Source: Octopus bimaculoides (taxonomy: Eukaryota). Taken from it: DNA of 64,000 nt. This document shows, piece after piece, positions 11,726 through 24,562 of the stretch. A program made the translations under genes and the position numbers. The stretch's first letter is position 1. The number at the start of each line of letters is the position of its first letter. Below the pieces are notes generated by a model, which was given only the letters and a program-made list of their open reading frames with translations, did no database searches and was not told where the DNA came from. The stretch spans positions 14,590,604-14,654,603 of the forward strand of contig NC_069002.1 of NCBI RefSeq assembly GCF_001194135.2. Direction: 5' to 3'.

Positions 11726-11752
11726 TTATTATTATTATTATTATTATTATCA
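11657..11752. repeat. (CTT)n-(ATT)n microsatellite
   Basis: Directly visible. Confidence 0.95.
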
Positions 11753-11828
11753 TCATCTTCTTTCAATTCGGTTTCCATTTCTTGCCGAGAGTCTTCCTGA
11801 CACCTAGGAAAGAGACACGCACTGTATA

Positions 11829-12200
11829 CATTCACCGTCACTAAAAGTGACTAAGGGTGCAGGGTAGCACCGGCGTTGCCAGAAACAAGAGTCAAAAACT
11901 TGTTATCCACGAAAAAGGTATTGTTCTATGTACTGACTAAGCGAGGGCTTCAGACAGGCACGCCAATTTCGCATGAAACTAATGCTCATCGGTGATGCTA
12001 CTCCATTGCATGTCACTATTTATAGAATTTGTCATAGGAATCAATGACTGATTCAGCAGATTGGTACTGTAAAAATTATAAAATGATTAAAGTGCTTAGA
12101 CGCAATTTAAAACCAAACAGGAAAACATTAACCGTCAATAAACGTGTTTAAGGAAGCAGGGCATCACCGGCATTGCTAGAAACAAGAGTTAAAGACACTT
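11829..12200. repeat. ~73-bp diverged direct repeat (11829-11901, 12126-12200)
   Basis: CATTCACCGTCACTAAAAGTG..GCAGGG..CACCGGCGTTGCCAGAAACAAGAGT versus CATTAACCGTCAATAAACGTG..GCAGGG..CACCGGCATTGCTAGAAACAAGAGT. Confidence 0.85.
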
Positions 12201-12867
12201 TAGCCAAAAACAAAGCACATGCACGTGCGCGAACACACACACACACGTATATATACAAACATACATACACACATACACAGACATACAGACACACACGCAT
12301 ATATACGAAATACGAATGTGAGGTAATTGAATCCGAGAACAGACAATGTTTATTGCGGTCATACATCAGACACACAATTCCTGTTATTATATATTCCATA
12401 ACCAAACAGGTTTCACAACCACCAGGAAAGCTAAATGTGGGAAGGCCAACAGTTTTCAGCTGTTATCGCTCGTAATTTTAATTGTTGGAACATTTCCCTA
12501 TAACAAGTCTCTAGTTATAACGGTAAAACGTTGGAAAAGTTGAGGCGAGAACTTGTAATCGATCCGACTTTTCTGTCGAACTAAACAATCAAACACAAAT
12601 GAAAATGATATTAGAATGATTAATCCATTCCAGTATTCCAATCTTTAAGACGCTCTACATTCCAACAAAACAATCAACTTGCGCTCATACTATCAATTGT
12701 TGTTGGTGGTGGTGCTCTTCTTCTTCTTCTTCTTCTCATTTCCCAAGTTCCTCATCTCCATTTGCACATCATAGCTCCTTCTATCTTCTTACATTCAGTC
12801 TTCCATATTTCCTATACATTTCCCTGCTTCTAATATTTACTCCGCCCTAAGGTAATATGGTTGTATA

Positions 12868-12913
<46 letters not shown>

Positions 12914-13324
12914 TACTCTTTTACTCTTTTACTCTTTTACGTCATTTGACTGCGGCCATGCTGTTGCACCGCCTTTAGTCGAGCAAATCGACCCCAGGAC
13001 TTATTCTTTGTAAGTCTAGTACTTATTCTATCGGTCTATTTTGTCGAACCGCTAGGTTACGGGGACGTAAACACACCAGCATCGGTTGTCAAGTGATGGT
13101 GGGGGGGACAAACACAGACACACAAACATACACACACACATATATATATACATATATACGACGGGCTTCTTTCAGTTTCCATCTATCAAATCCACTCACA
13201 AGGCTTTGGTCGGCCCGAGGCTATAGTGAAAGACACTTGCCCAAGGTGCCACGCAGTGGGACTGAACCCGGAACCATGTGGTTCGTAAGCAAGCTACTTA
13301 CCACACAGCCACTCCTACGCCTAT
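12914..13324 (-). mobile_element. Full-length family A SINE
   Basis: tRNA-like head (GGCTGTGTGGTAAG; GGGTTCAGTCCC), CCTTGGGCAAGTGTC block, internal (TA/TG)n linker, and 3' module ending in (GTAAAAGA)n. Confidence 0.92.
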
Positions 13325-14446
13325 GTATGTATGTTATGTTTTTAACCATTTGAATTCTTCCTCTGAACGAGGAGTTGGTTTCTAACAAAGATACAAAGCT
13401 CTATCTTTGGAATGTAGATAACGAAATCAATGTCACATTTTAAACCTGAGAAAAGCCTTGCGTAGTTTTATTGTTCCACTTACAGATTGTATTTATAATG
13501 TGTGAACCAAGTGGTTGATTTCTTTTTTCTGAAAATCCATTTGTATGTATGTATGTCTGTTTGTTTGTTTGTTTCTTTTTTTAAAATTGATTTAACTAAT
13601 GGTTTTGAAACTTCCATAAGCTTTACGTAACTCAATTATAAACCAGTCATTCATAAAGATTTTCAACTCTGCTTCCGAAAATGTTAACTATTAATTAAGG
13701 ATTAATGAAGTTACTATGTAAAATTCTTCACTCGATCAAACACATCGCACCACCGCTCAATTCACACATTCTCATAAATATGGCTGCTTGCGTATATATA
13801 CATAGTACACCCCACTACATACACACATGTATATATGTGTGTGCGTGTGTGTGAGTGCGCGGGTGTATGTATATATGTATGTATTTACGCAGGTACAACA
13901 TACATATATACACGTTTAAATAAAATAAACGTGTGTTTACCTCATAAGTTAGAAACTGCGAGAGAACGTGAAGTTATTTATAATTTTCTTATTATTGAAC
14001 TCGAGGCTAGTAAAGCTATAAACAGAAGCGTATAAATATTGGGTTGAAAAACCCTCTGGATAGAAAACGTCTAACACTCGACATCTATCCAATACTTACA
14101 TGCTATTGTTTATATGTTTTACGAATTATATTTTCCTATCCAAATATAAGCATATGTCTGTATATATGTTGAGTACACACACACATCCACAGCACACTCA
14201 TACACACTTACACACACAAACTCATGCACACACTAACACGACACACATTTATATAGACACAGACATAAACATGTTTTAAAATATGTCTTTGTATAAACAT
14301 CTATATACACACATCGTCTATATGTTATATGTCTGTACATAAGGAGGAAGCTATGTATATGTGTGTGCGTGTGTGTGTGAGAGAGAGAAAGAGAGAGTGT
14401 ATGCGCGTGCGCGTGTGTAATTACATGTACGGTTATATTATATGTA

Positions 14447-14473
14447 TATATATATATAGAGAGAGAGAGAGTG

Positions 14474-14537
<64 letters not shown>

Positions 14538-14547
14538 GGATAGATAA

Positions 14548-14604
<57 letters not shown>

Positions 14605-14615
14605 CAGACATATAT

Positions 14616-14646
<31 letters not shown>

Positions 14647-14660
14647 CATACATACATACA
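14447..14660. repeat. (TA)n-(GA)n-(GATA)n-(CATA)n compound microsatellite
   Basis: Directly visible. Confidence 0.95.
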
Positions 14661-15037
14661 CACATATACATACTTACATGCATACATATATACGCACATA
14701 GATATATTTACGTATGTGTGTCTATCTATCTATTGATTTTTCTTTCTTCGCTTTTATAGACAATTCTATTTGATTTGATGTTGATTTAGCCGTTATTGCT
14801 AGCTGAAGAAGCGGCCATGTAGAAATTCCTTTAGTTGACTCCTAGAACCAGATTTGGTATTTTTATCCCCATTTCAGCATTGAGTGATTAAAGACGTCCC
14901 AGGCGTGAGCTTCCTGTAGTTTTGTATAACTAACACTAAAATAGCCGTGATTTCACATTACTATGGCTCTGGTCGACTAGTTGAACACTTATCATAAACT
15001 TATACGCAAGGCTTGGAACTACTTATCCCTACGGGAG

Positions 15038-15075
<38 letters not shown>

Positions 15076-17470
15076 AGAGAGAAAAGAGAGAGTGACAGAG
15101 ATAGACGTGGGATGCTCTTCGTTTTACAGGAGAGCACAACAAGGAGAGTTCTGCAGAAGAGCTTCCTGGCGAGATCAGAATGGACGTCATTAGAGATGCA
15201 CTACAATAAATACCCCGATATTGATATATACATTACTATCGATAACCTGGTATTGATATACACGGGTGGGTCTTTCAGCGAAAACTTTCATCGCCCTTTT
15301 CTGTACGGACACAAGGTATTGCCTTGTTGACCTCCAGAACGCTAAGCGGAGTAGTTAGCGCGGTCCGTGATCGAGTTGAGCAAATTTGAGGAAGCGTAAC
15401 CTCATGAACTTTACAATTACCCAATAAATCGAGCTTTGTCATTTTGAGAAGTATTTGACTGCTGTTCATAGCAAGTCGACGCTCCTTGGCTTTGTTCGTT
15501 TAATCTGTAGAAGATTCTAAAGTCGAATCTACTTGATATTGACTTAGTTTTAAATAAATACTTCAAACGTAACTGAATGTTTATTGAACTGTATTAGAAA
15601 AAAATAATATCATGAAGAAAAGTTGTTCAGTGTTCCAGAGGAGAGGGTGTTGTTGGGGTTGGTGTTTATTTCGGCTGACTTTATTTACTAAACAAACAAA
15701 ATCAACACGAACCGGCCGGAAACGTCTGTGCTTGATCGACTTCCTAGAAATAGCAATGAATTACCCTTGAGTCACTTCCCCACCGACTTGAAAAATAATG
15801 AAAAGACGCGGACAATGTTGTCGCAAATATGAAAAACAAAAAATTTAAAGTGGGCACAACTGGAGATTTTAACCCTAGGTCTACTGTTAAAAGTTAGAAT
15901 TGGAGCTAAATAAAAAGCAATAACAACAGAATATTTTATAGCTGCGGCCTTTGCCGATCAATGAGGTGGTTGTTAATTTTCTATACAAAAATAAAAGAGG
16001 AGAGACAGACGTGGTGTGTCTTTTATCTTTATTTAGAAGAGAGAATAAACAAAGAAAAAGCCACATCAATAGTTTCTATCTAAATTCTTTCTCCCAGGAT
16101 TCATTAGAATCCAAAGCAATAAGGTCACTTCATTGTTAAATAATATGCCATGATTTGGGGGAGATTTACTTCCAATTTGTAGCAGTACTGTTAACTTACT
16201 GTTAACACAATTTGAGTCGATTATAGCCAAAACTAAGTTCTTTCTGTCAGGTCGAGTAATTGTATAGAGATTCCTTCGTTGGATCGTAGGCTTTTTCTTT
16301 TGTTGCTGTTTCTATCATTTAGTCCCAGATCAGCCCAGATAAAGCAACTCGAATAAAGGATATTCAACCCGTCTCAGTTCTTTGAAAACCATTTTAACAT
16401 ATATCTAATACAAAATAGTTCCTATTTTTCTGATATAGTAGTGTTTTTCAATTTTGAATTTCTTACCACTGAAATTTATTTCAACTGAATCCAGAAATTT
16501 TGCTTATTTTATCACGTAAGTGTACCTAGAACTGTATTATCTAAAGTGTCTTTCATTTTAGGCAGTTGTGTGCGATGTGTTGGAGATTTGCTTAGTATTT
16601 TTAGCAGGTTAAAAACCTTTCGCTCCTGTTTTATATTAAAGATAAATTGTTCTTTAATTGCAGGTGAACACTAATTGAGGAGACCTGTAAGCAAAGACAT
16701 TGCATCTGTGACCGTCCCATCTCTGTATATCTAAGACTAAAAGTCTTTAACGCGTCAAATCACGATATTTTGGAGACAACTGTGGTGATTGAGGGTGATA
16801 AAACTACTATTACTAAAAGGTCGAGACTTTTTTAATTGTTTCTTATAATTGGTATTTTGATTTGTAAAATAGAATTATAAACGACTTCAGTCTAGACTCA
16901 CATTTTCACAAGAGACTCTAACGCTCCATAAGTTTCGATACAAACCCGTTGATGGTTTTACAAAATTGTTGATAGGTTTAACAGACCAAATTGGCATATT
17001 TGAACCAGAATGTTTGGGAAGCACTGACCTAGAACGAACTGATATTGAACTGTATTATTGACCTGATAAAATCGTAAAGACGACGAGTTCAAAGTAAATG
17101 GAGGGAGTGTTGCTGGTCGAATAAAGTCAATTCAATTTGGTTGGCTTTACAAACAGAAAATCGATATGAACGAATGGGGAATGAAACCTCGACATAGTTT
17201 CTTGAGGTACGAGAAAAAGCAGATAAATTCTTTCAAACCACACGACATTGGTTTTATAATTGAGGGTGACCCCCATATTTGGATAATGTCGTCCGAGATA
17301 TTTAAAAAAATCAAATGGTCACGACTGGGGCGCTTTTTAGGGTAAGTCTGCTCACTCAGGTCTAGATAATAGCTGTAATAGAAAATCGAAAATATATATT
17401 TGATACGTATAAACATCTTAGCAGATCAATGACTGATTGTGAAAACATTTCATAAAGAAAGAGATAGAGG

Positions 17471-17635
<165 letters not shown>

Positions 17636-17645
17636 CATGTATTTG

Positions 17646-17847
17646 TGTGTCTGCGGTTGTCCCATCACCACCATCGTTTGGCGAATGATGTTGGTGTGTT
17701 TACGTCTCCGTAACTTAGCAGTTCGGCAAAAGTGACCTATAGAATAAGTACTAGGCTTAGAAAGAATAAGTCCTGGGGGCGATTTGTCCGACTAAAGGCG
17801 ATGCTCCAGCATGGCTGTAGCCAAAATACTGAAACAAGTAAAAGAAT
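17646..17847 (+). mobile_element. Family A SINE, 3' module only
   Basis: GGTGTGTTTACGTC..CGTAACTTAGC..TTCGGCAAAAG..ATAGAATAAGTACTAGGCTT..AATAAGTCCTGGGG..CTCCAGCATGGC..CTGAAACAAGTAAAAGA. Confidence 0.85.
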
Positions 17848-17865
17848 GATATGTATGTATGTATG

Positions 17866-17903
<38 letters not shown>

Positions 17904-18443
17904 NNNNNNNNNNNNNNNNNNNNNNNNNNNNNNNNNNNNNNNNNNNNNNNNNNNNNNNNNNNNNNNNNNNNNNNNNNNNNNNNNNNNNNNNNNNNNNNNN
18001 NNNNNNNNNNNNNNNNNNNNNNNNNNNNNNNNNNNNNNNNNNNNNNNNNNNNNNNNNNNNNNNNNNNNNNNNNNNNNNNNNTATATACATATATATATGT
18101 ATGTGCGTGTGCTTACATATGCGTTTCTACAGGACCAGAACAACGAAGGAAACAACGTTAGAAGGAAAGAAATGAGAAAGAACGAAAAGACCACATCAAT
18201 AAATATTTTCTACATATCCCCCATCCCAACTCCTCCACTATTTTTTGCTTCTTGATTTTACTTTGAGATTATCATTGTACGGACATAATTCATAAACAAA
18301 CGAAGAAACCATTAAAATACAGAAAAACCGACGCTGGTGTGTGGCTGTGTTCTTGTGTTGTTTTTATTGTTGTTGTTGTTGTTCTTGATAATATTGTTGC
18401 TGAAAATGTTGATTTGTTGTTGATTTTTCTCTTTTGATATCGT

Positions 18444-18652
18444 CTGAATCGTTAGCACGCCGGACAAAATGGTTAGCGGCATTTCGTCCGTCTTTACGTT
18501 TTGAGTTTAAAAAATTCAACCGAGACCAACTTTACCTTTCATTCTTTCAGTATCGATGAAATAAGTACCAGTTACGCACTGGGGTCGATTTAACCGACTT
18601 ATTCCCTTCCCCATAAATTTCAAGCCCTGTGCCTATAACAGAAACAATTATT
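18444..18652 (+). mobile_element. Near-full-length family B tRNA-derived SINE
   Basis: GAATCGTTAGCACGCCGG..TTAGCGGCATTTCGTCCGTCTTTACGTT, then CCTTTCATTCTTTC..TCGATGAAATAAGTACCAG..CTGGGGTCGAT. From memory the central block resembles the Nin/Deu SINE domain; unverified. Confidence 0.85.
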
Positions 18653-19446
18653 GTTACTACGGTGGCGTTGGTGAGGTTGTTCTTGTCGTTGGTAGTGGCA
18701 GTCCTGAAAGAAATTCTTCATTAAACAGTCCAATGGTCAAAAGAATTTCCACCATATTCAACAGAGTATTTTTGTACATTTTTTTCGAATCATCCTTATA
18801 TTTCATAAGGTATAACATGTGATCTGATCGCGAATTTGTTAGTATTTCTAGCAGGTCGAGCGACCACACACTGGGGACTCTATTTGGTACATGAAACTTT
18901 TGAGTACGAAGTATAAAATAATGTCCACTTTGTTAATTACATGGGCTAGCTGTTAGATTACTGGTATTACAGTCGTGAGGATTGTTGGTTGGATTCCAAG
19001 ACTGTGTGGCACATTAATTCCTTGAGCAAGAAACTTTATTTCATGTTACTTCTGCATAATCAGCAGTAATGAGAACTAACTCTTGATACTCAGCTGCTTT
19101 CCTGTCCAGAAGAGAAAGCCTTATACAACCTATACGCCTCGGACTCCGGAATAAGCTGTGTTTTCGAGACCTTTACTTCGAGCTTCGTGACAGACTTTAC
19201 ACCTCAGACTGAAATAAACTCCGGTTTTTTGAGGCTGTAATTTCGGGCCACGCAACAAACATGAACGGTATACTTTTTATAAAAGATTAATTTAACATTT
19301 GTACGTTTCCATATATTTGGGGTTATTACTGTAAACGCATCAGATTGAAGTTAAACGATCTTTAAAACACAAAGTACTTCTGCAATACGAAGATTATACG
19401 AAAGGATATAATACGTAATTGCAGTAATCCAGTTAGATACTAATCC

Positions 19447-20020
19447 AAGAAGGCGATTGGTAAACACATAGCTACAGGAATAAATATATAGAGCTATATT
19501 TATGCAGCAAGTGACGTCATGCAAGACTGTGTTGAAACTAAAACATTTCCATCGTAGGTAAGATATCTCAGTCATGAAAAACTATGAAAACGAATCTGCT
19601 GACTTCACTGATAAATAATTAATATCCGAGTCACATATAAATACAAACGCTGTAGAATCGAAATATATTACTACGTTGATGATTGCACGACGCCACATGA
19701 AACCCATAGGTCGGTGCCATAAAATTAATATATGTATTAATAATGGTGCATACATTTCTACTTGTATTTTATGTATATCGTTTTTATGTTAATTAGATTA
19801 CATTATGATGCGGTTTAACGCACATACTCATCTGTATGACGTAGAAATATACTGTCACTATAACAAACGTTCTTACATTTATTCACGCGTACATACATAC
19901 GTACATACATACACGCACGCACACGCACGCGCACGCACATACACACACACACACACACACACAAAGAAGGCGATTGGTAAGCACATAGCTACATGAATAA
20001 ATATATAGAGCTGTATTTAT
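19447..20020. repeat. 57-bp direct repeat (19447-19503, 19964-20020)
   Basis: AAGAAGGCGATTGGTAA(A/G)CACATAGCTACA(G/T)GAATAAATATATAGAGCT(A/G)TATTTAT; three mismatches. Confidence 0.9.
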
Positions 20021-21325
20021 ATTTAGAAATATATGTGTAAACATAGGCGTATCTTTATGCATGAATGTATACGTGTGTGTGTTTGTATATGTATATATAT
20101 ATATATATATATNNNNNNNNNNNNNNNNNNNNNNNNNNNNNNNNNNNNNNNNNNNNNNNNNNNNNNNNNNNNNNNNNNNNNNNNNNNNNNNCATATATAT
20201 ATATTCGATGAAAACCATAATTATTTCCTCACCATTAAACAGTATTTTGTGTTCTGTCCGTTCATCAAATGATTTCCACCTCACCAACCCACGTAATTGA
20301 AAAAAAAAAAAAACTGAGAGAAATTGCGCGGATGAATATGTATTGAAATAAATAAACAAATTGATTACACTGATCAATGTGTATTGAGTGCTGTAACTCT
20401 TGTTTTAAACATTTAACATCACCACATACACACCCACACGCATCCGCACTCCAGTCGCACATCATATACACCACAAACGCACCCGCATGCGCTCTAACAT
20501 ACGTGCATATACATACTCCTAGGTTGCGAGCTTATGTTAAATGGCTCGGAATAATACGGAGAAAGGAAGTTCGGAGTGTGTGGCAGAGAGGGTGGTGATG
20601 TGTTAATATTGCTAAACAAATGTTAAAAAGTGAGGAACGTAGGGGGAGTGGTAAGAGCAGCAATATATATGCGTGTATTTATATGTATGTATATGTATGG
20701 GTCTCTGTTTATACACACATATAATATGTATGTACATGACTACACTCACACACGCGCGCACATATATGTGTTTGTTCAAAGACACGCCCCAGCACGGCCG
20801 ACATCCACCCGATATAAGCCCACGCATATATTGTACCCTTTCACACGCCACATGCATACATAAATACCCGAATAATTTAATCAAAACATAAAAGAAAACA
20901 CACTAACACAAATGTACATACCCTCCCCTCTCCGCAAAGGCTATACATATAATACCACTACACACATTCCATTTTCACAACGTCACCAACCTTAAAGACA
21001 CATATTTCCCATAACTTTTTTCCCATAACTCTTTTCAACAAAACCATCCCCAGAGATTTTGATTTTGATACCAAGGAACATAAGCCTTAACGTCATCCCC
21101 TGGTCGATTCGTTTCATCGTCTTTCTCACAACAGCTACAAACGGTATGTGTCTATTCATTTCCAACAATAGAGAGCAGTCGCCATATTTCATTCCATAAC
21201 GGCTACCTCTGAAGAGCGCAGGGTTACATAATTGAATTGTTACCTAATATCCTGTGGAACACCTAGTGCGAAACCGATTGGTACGATCGGCCGTAATTGA
21301 TATATAATACTGTACACTTCAATTA

Positions 21326-21367
<42 letters not shown>

Positions 21368-21404
21368 NNNNNNNNNNACACATAATATGTATGTATATGT
21401 CTAC

Positions 21405-22144
21405 ATTCACGAACTAATCGTGCACAGAGAGTGAATGTGGGCTCTTCTTTGCTGTCACGTCTCATGAATGAACCTTTTTGGGACCAAATAGTAACTGGTG
21501 ATGAGAAATGGGTTCTCTATAAAAATGTCAAGTGCCAAAGATAGTGGGTAGGGAAAGGAGAAACACCAGCACCCCAGGCTAAAGAATCTCATCAGGCGCA
21601 TACAGTGTTGTTATCTGTTTGGTGAGATATAAAAGGTTTAGTCAACTTTGAACTTTTAAACCAAAACCAAACGATAACAAAGGAGATATACTACGAGCGG
21701 CTTAAGCGGTTTAAGTCAGTGCTAGAATAAAAATGACCATCTTTGGTTTCAAGACGAAAGGTGTTCTTCCATCAGGATAATGTTTGGCCACATACAGCGA
21801 GGATGACATTCTAAATGCTGGAGCAGTTTGAATGGGAACCGATGCACTATATTAGCAGGAAATTTCCGTATCTGATTATCATTCATTCTGCAGTCTTCAA
21901 AATCATTTGCACAGAAAAAATTTGAATTCTGAAGACAACGTCAGAACAATACTGGAGGAGTATCTTTCGTCACCGACAAGTGAATTTCAAAAGAGGGTCC
22001 TTGCAAATATACCAGATAGATGAGAGGGCACTGTTAAAATGAAGAAGAGTATATTTTAGATTAAAAAAGAACTTTGTTTATATTAATTTTGAAAAAACGA
22101 AAGACGTATAAAACAAACCGTATTATTTATTGGATGACCCAATA
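21405..22144 (+). mobile_element. Decayed mariner transposon, 3' half with right terminal inverted repeat (TIR)
   Basis: Translation gives IVTGDEKWVLYKN, VLLSVW*D, FHQDNVWPH and SDYH (D,D,D triad context) with stops and frameshifts. It ends TTATTTATTGGATGACCCAATA, a mariner-type terminus plus TA. Confidence 0.9.
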
Positions 22145-22865
22145 AATATAAGTATCTATGTAAACATTATCAATCACACATATATAATGTATGAGTTTTG
22201 CTTATACGCCAGATTTGCTACATGACACTGGTTGTTAAAGAACGCTTGAACATCAGAAACCAAGAGAGGCAAGTCGCCTCGGAAACACCTAGAATGTTAG
22301 ATACCGTTATTTTGCCATTATTGTGGCTTGTCGATCTCGAAACGAACTGAATCACTGGTCTGTGACTTATTTGCAATTAGATTGAAGTCCATTTGCTGAT
22401 GAGCTGTGGCATAGTATATGGGACAGAAACTTAAATTACGAATTAAAAACATTTTTAGTAATGTAAGCATTATCGATCGCACATAAATCACCGACCAGTG
22501 ATTTATTTTGTTTCGAGATAATCCAAATACATGATATTGGTAAGCTCCTATAATGGTGAAATATCGGTAGCTACCATTCGCATTGATTTCGAAGCGAGTC
22601 GTCTAACCTTGTCTGTGGCGTGCAAGTGCTCTTTAAAGATAGGCGTCATGTCGGGAGCTTTCGCTGGACGCTTTACCGCAGTAAATTTGGCATATGAATA
22701 AACACATACGTGCTTCTTTATACATAAAATACTATAAATAAACGCGCTATAAATAAGGCATACGCACTATAAATAAAATACATGCACCATATATATATAT
22801 ATATACAGAAAGAGAGAGAGAGAGAAAGAAAGATAGAGAACGAGAGAGACACAGATTGACAGCGG

Positions 22866-22900
<35 letters not shown>

Positions 22901-23285
22901 NNNNNNNNNNNNNNNNNNNNNNNNNNNNNNNNNNNNNNNNNNNNNNNNNNNNNNNNNNNNNNNNNNNNNNNNNNNNNNNNNNNNNNNNNNNNNNNNNNNN
23001 NNNNNNNNNNNNNNNNNNNNNNNNNNNNNNNNNNNNNNNNNNNNNNNNNNNNNNNNNNNNNNNNNNNNNNNNNNNNNNNNNNNNNNNNNNNNNNNNNNNN
23101 NNNNNNNNNNNNNNNNNNNNNNNNNNNNNNNNNNNNNNNNNNNNNNNNNNNNNNNNNNNNNNNNNNNNNNNNNNNNNNNNNNNNNNNNNNNNNNNNNNNN
23201 NNNNNNNNNNNNNNNNNNNNNNNNNNNNNNNNNNNNNNNNNNNNNNNNNNNNNNNNNNNNNNNNNNNNNNNNNNNNNNNNNNNNN

Positions 23286-23323
<38 letters not shown>

Positions 23324-23324
<1 letters not shown>

Positions 23325-23512
23325 TGACCGCTAAATCCACAAGTCTCTTTTTAAAATTCTTTCTCTGTTTATTTTCTCTTATTCCTTTCTGTTGAAGAGC
23401 GTAGGCTCGAAACGTAAAAGACTTTCTCACTTTCCCGAGCGTCAAACTAATACACCTGTATGCCGTTCATACACCTGTTTTCGTCTCTTGTTTTTCTGTA
23501 AATTTCAATTAT
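23324..23512 (+). mobile_element. Short PLE-derived repeat (hammerhead family 2) between (TA)n tracts
   Basis: Homologous to the reverse complement of 60146-60263 (GAAGAGCGTAG(G)CTCGAAACGT.AAAGACTTTC..TTCCCGAGCGTCA.ACTAATA). Confidence 0.7.
23385..23420 (+). ncRNA. Minimal type I hammerhead-like motif with variant core
   Basis: CTTT-CTGTTGA-A-GAGC-gtag-GCTC-GAAAC-GTA-AAAG. Stem I is CTTT/AAAG, stem II is GAGC/GCTC, stem III is the palindrome ACGT, and the triplet is GUA. A6 is replaced by U. Confidence 0.55.
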
Positions 23513-23550
23513 ATATATGTGTGTGTGTGTGTGTGTTTTATTTATACTCG

Positions 23551-23626
<76 letters not shown>

Positions 23627-23627
<1 letters not shown>

Positions 23628-24562
23628 CTCAAGGAGATCGAGGCTTGATCCAATTTGAAATCTGCAAAACCACGACAATTGGACTGGCAAAATATCTTGA
23701 AACATCTAACGGCTGGATGCTAAACCTCGTTGAAAACCATGTAAGACGCAAGAAGCTACATTCTGTTATGAAGGAGAGCAAACAATTTTCAAGTGAGCTT
23801 ATGCATAATACCCAGGTTGAACAGCATGATGGAAATGCAGCAATTGTAGTTGCAAAGAATGTGAAAACAATAGCAAAGCAAAATGCGTTTGAACAATTGG
23901 CTGATAGGTGGGAACAAAAACCTCTGCATGGCAAATATGTGGACCGTAGCAGACAAGCTGATGTAGATCAGAAGCACGCCCATCAGACGCTACGGAGTTA
24001 AAGGCAGAGAGTGAAGGCTTTGTCTTGGCTGCCCAAGATCGGAGCTTATTGGCCTGGAACTATCATGCCAATATGATGAAAAATGGTGTAGACCCAAAGT
24101 ACCTATACTGCAACAATGGGATAAAAACAGTCAACCACCTAATCTCTGGATGTAAGGTTTTAGCACCTGTAGAGTACAAATCAAGACATGACAGATTTGG
24201 CCAATATCTATATTGGATAATGTGTCGGCATTATAAAATCAAAACTGTTGACAAATTGTACAAGCATCACTCTGAGGCTGTAACTGAGAGAGAACATGTA
24301 GCTATTCTTTGGGAATTCCCAGTATGTACAGGTCGGACCATCAAGGCAAATAAACCGGGGAATATAACGGAAATTGGAATATAGTGCCCGTTAGAACTGT
24401 TACAAAAGGTGTGCCTCCTTGGCACGGCCAGAAGTACCAGGAAAGTATTAGATAGCTGAAAAGAACAGATAGCATGGTACCGCAGGTTGTAGGTAGCATG
24501 CCCGCTACGCATGCAAGAGTCCAGGAGCTCCAACAAAATCTGTGATAAAGAAAATAATAATA
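23627..24562 (+). pseudogene. 5'-truncated R4/Dong-like non-LTR retrotransposon with the RLE domain deleted
   Basis: GDRGL..WEQKPLHGKY..AAQDRSL..KTVNHLISGCKVLAPVEYKSRHD..ILWEFPVCTGRTIKANKPG, then a jump to ELLQKVCLLGTARSTRKVLDS*. The 3'UTR ends in AATAATAATAA. Confidence 0.9.

Noticed and set aside
22395-22440. CTGATGA ... GAAAC as a hammerhead
   Set aside because: Stem II does not close at the core, and stems I and III cannot be formed.
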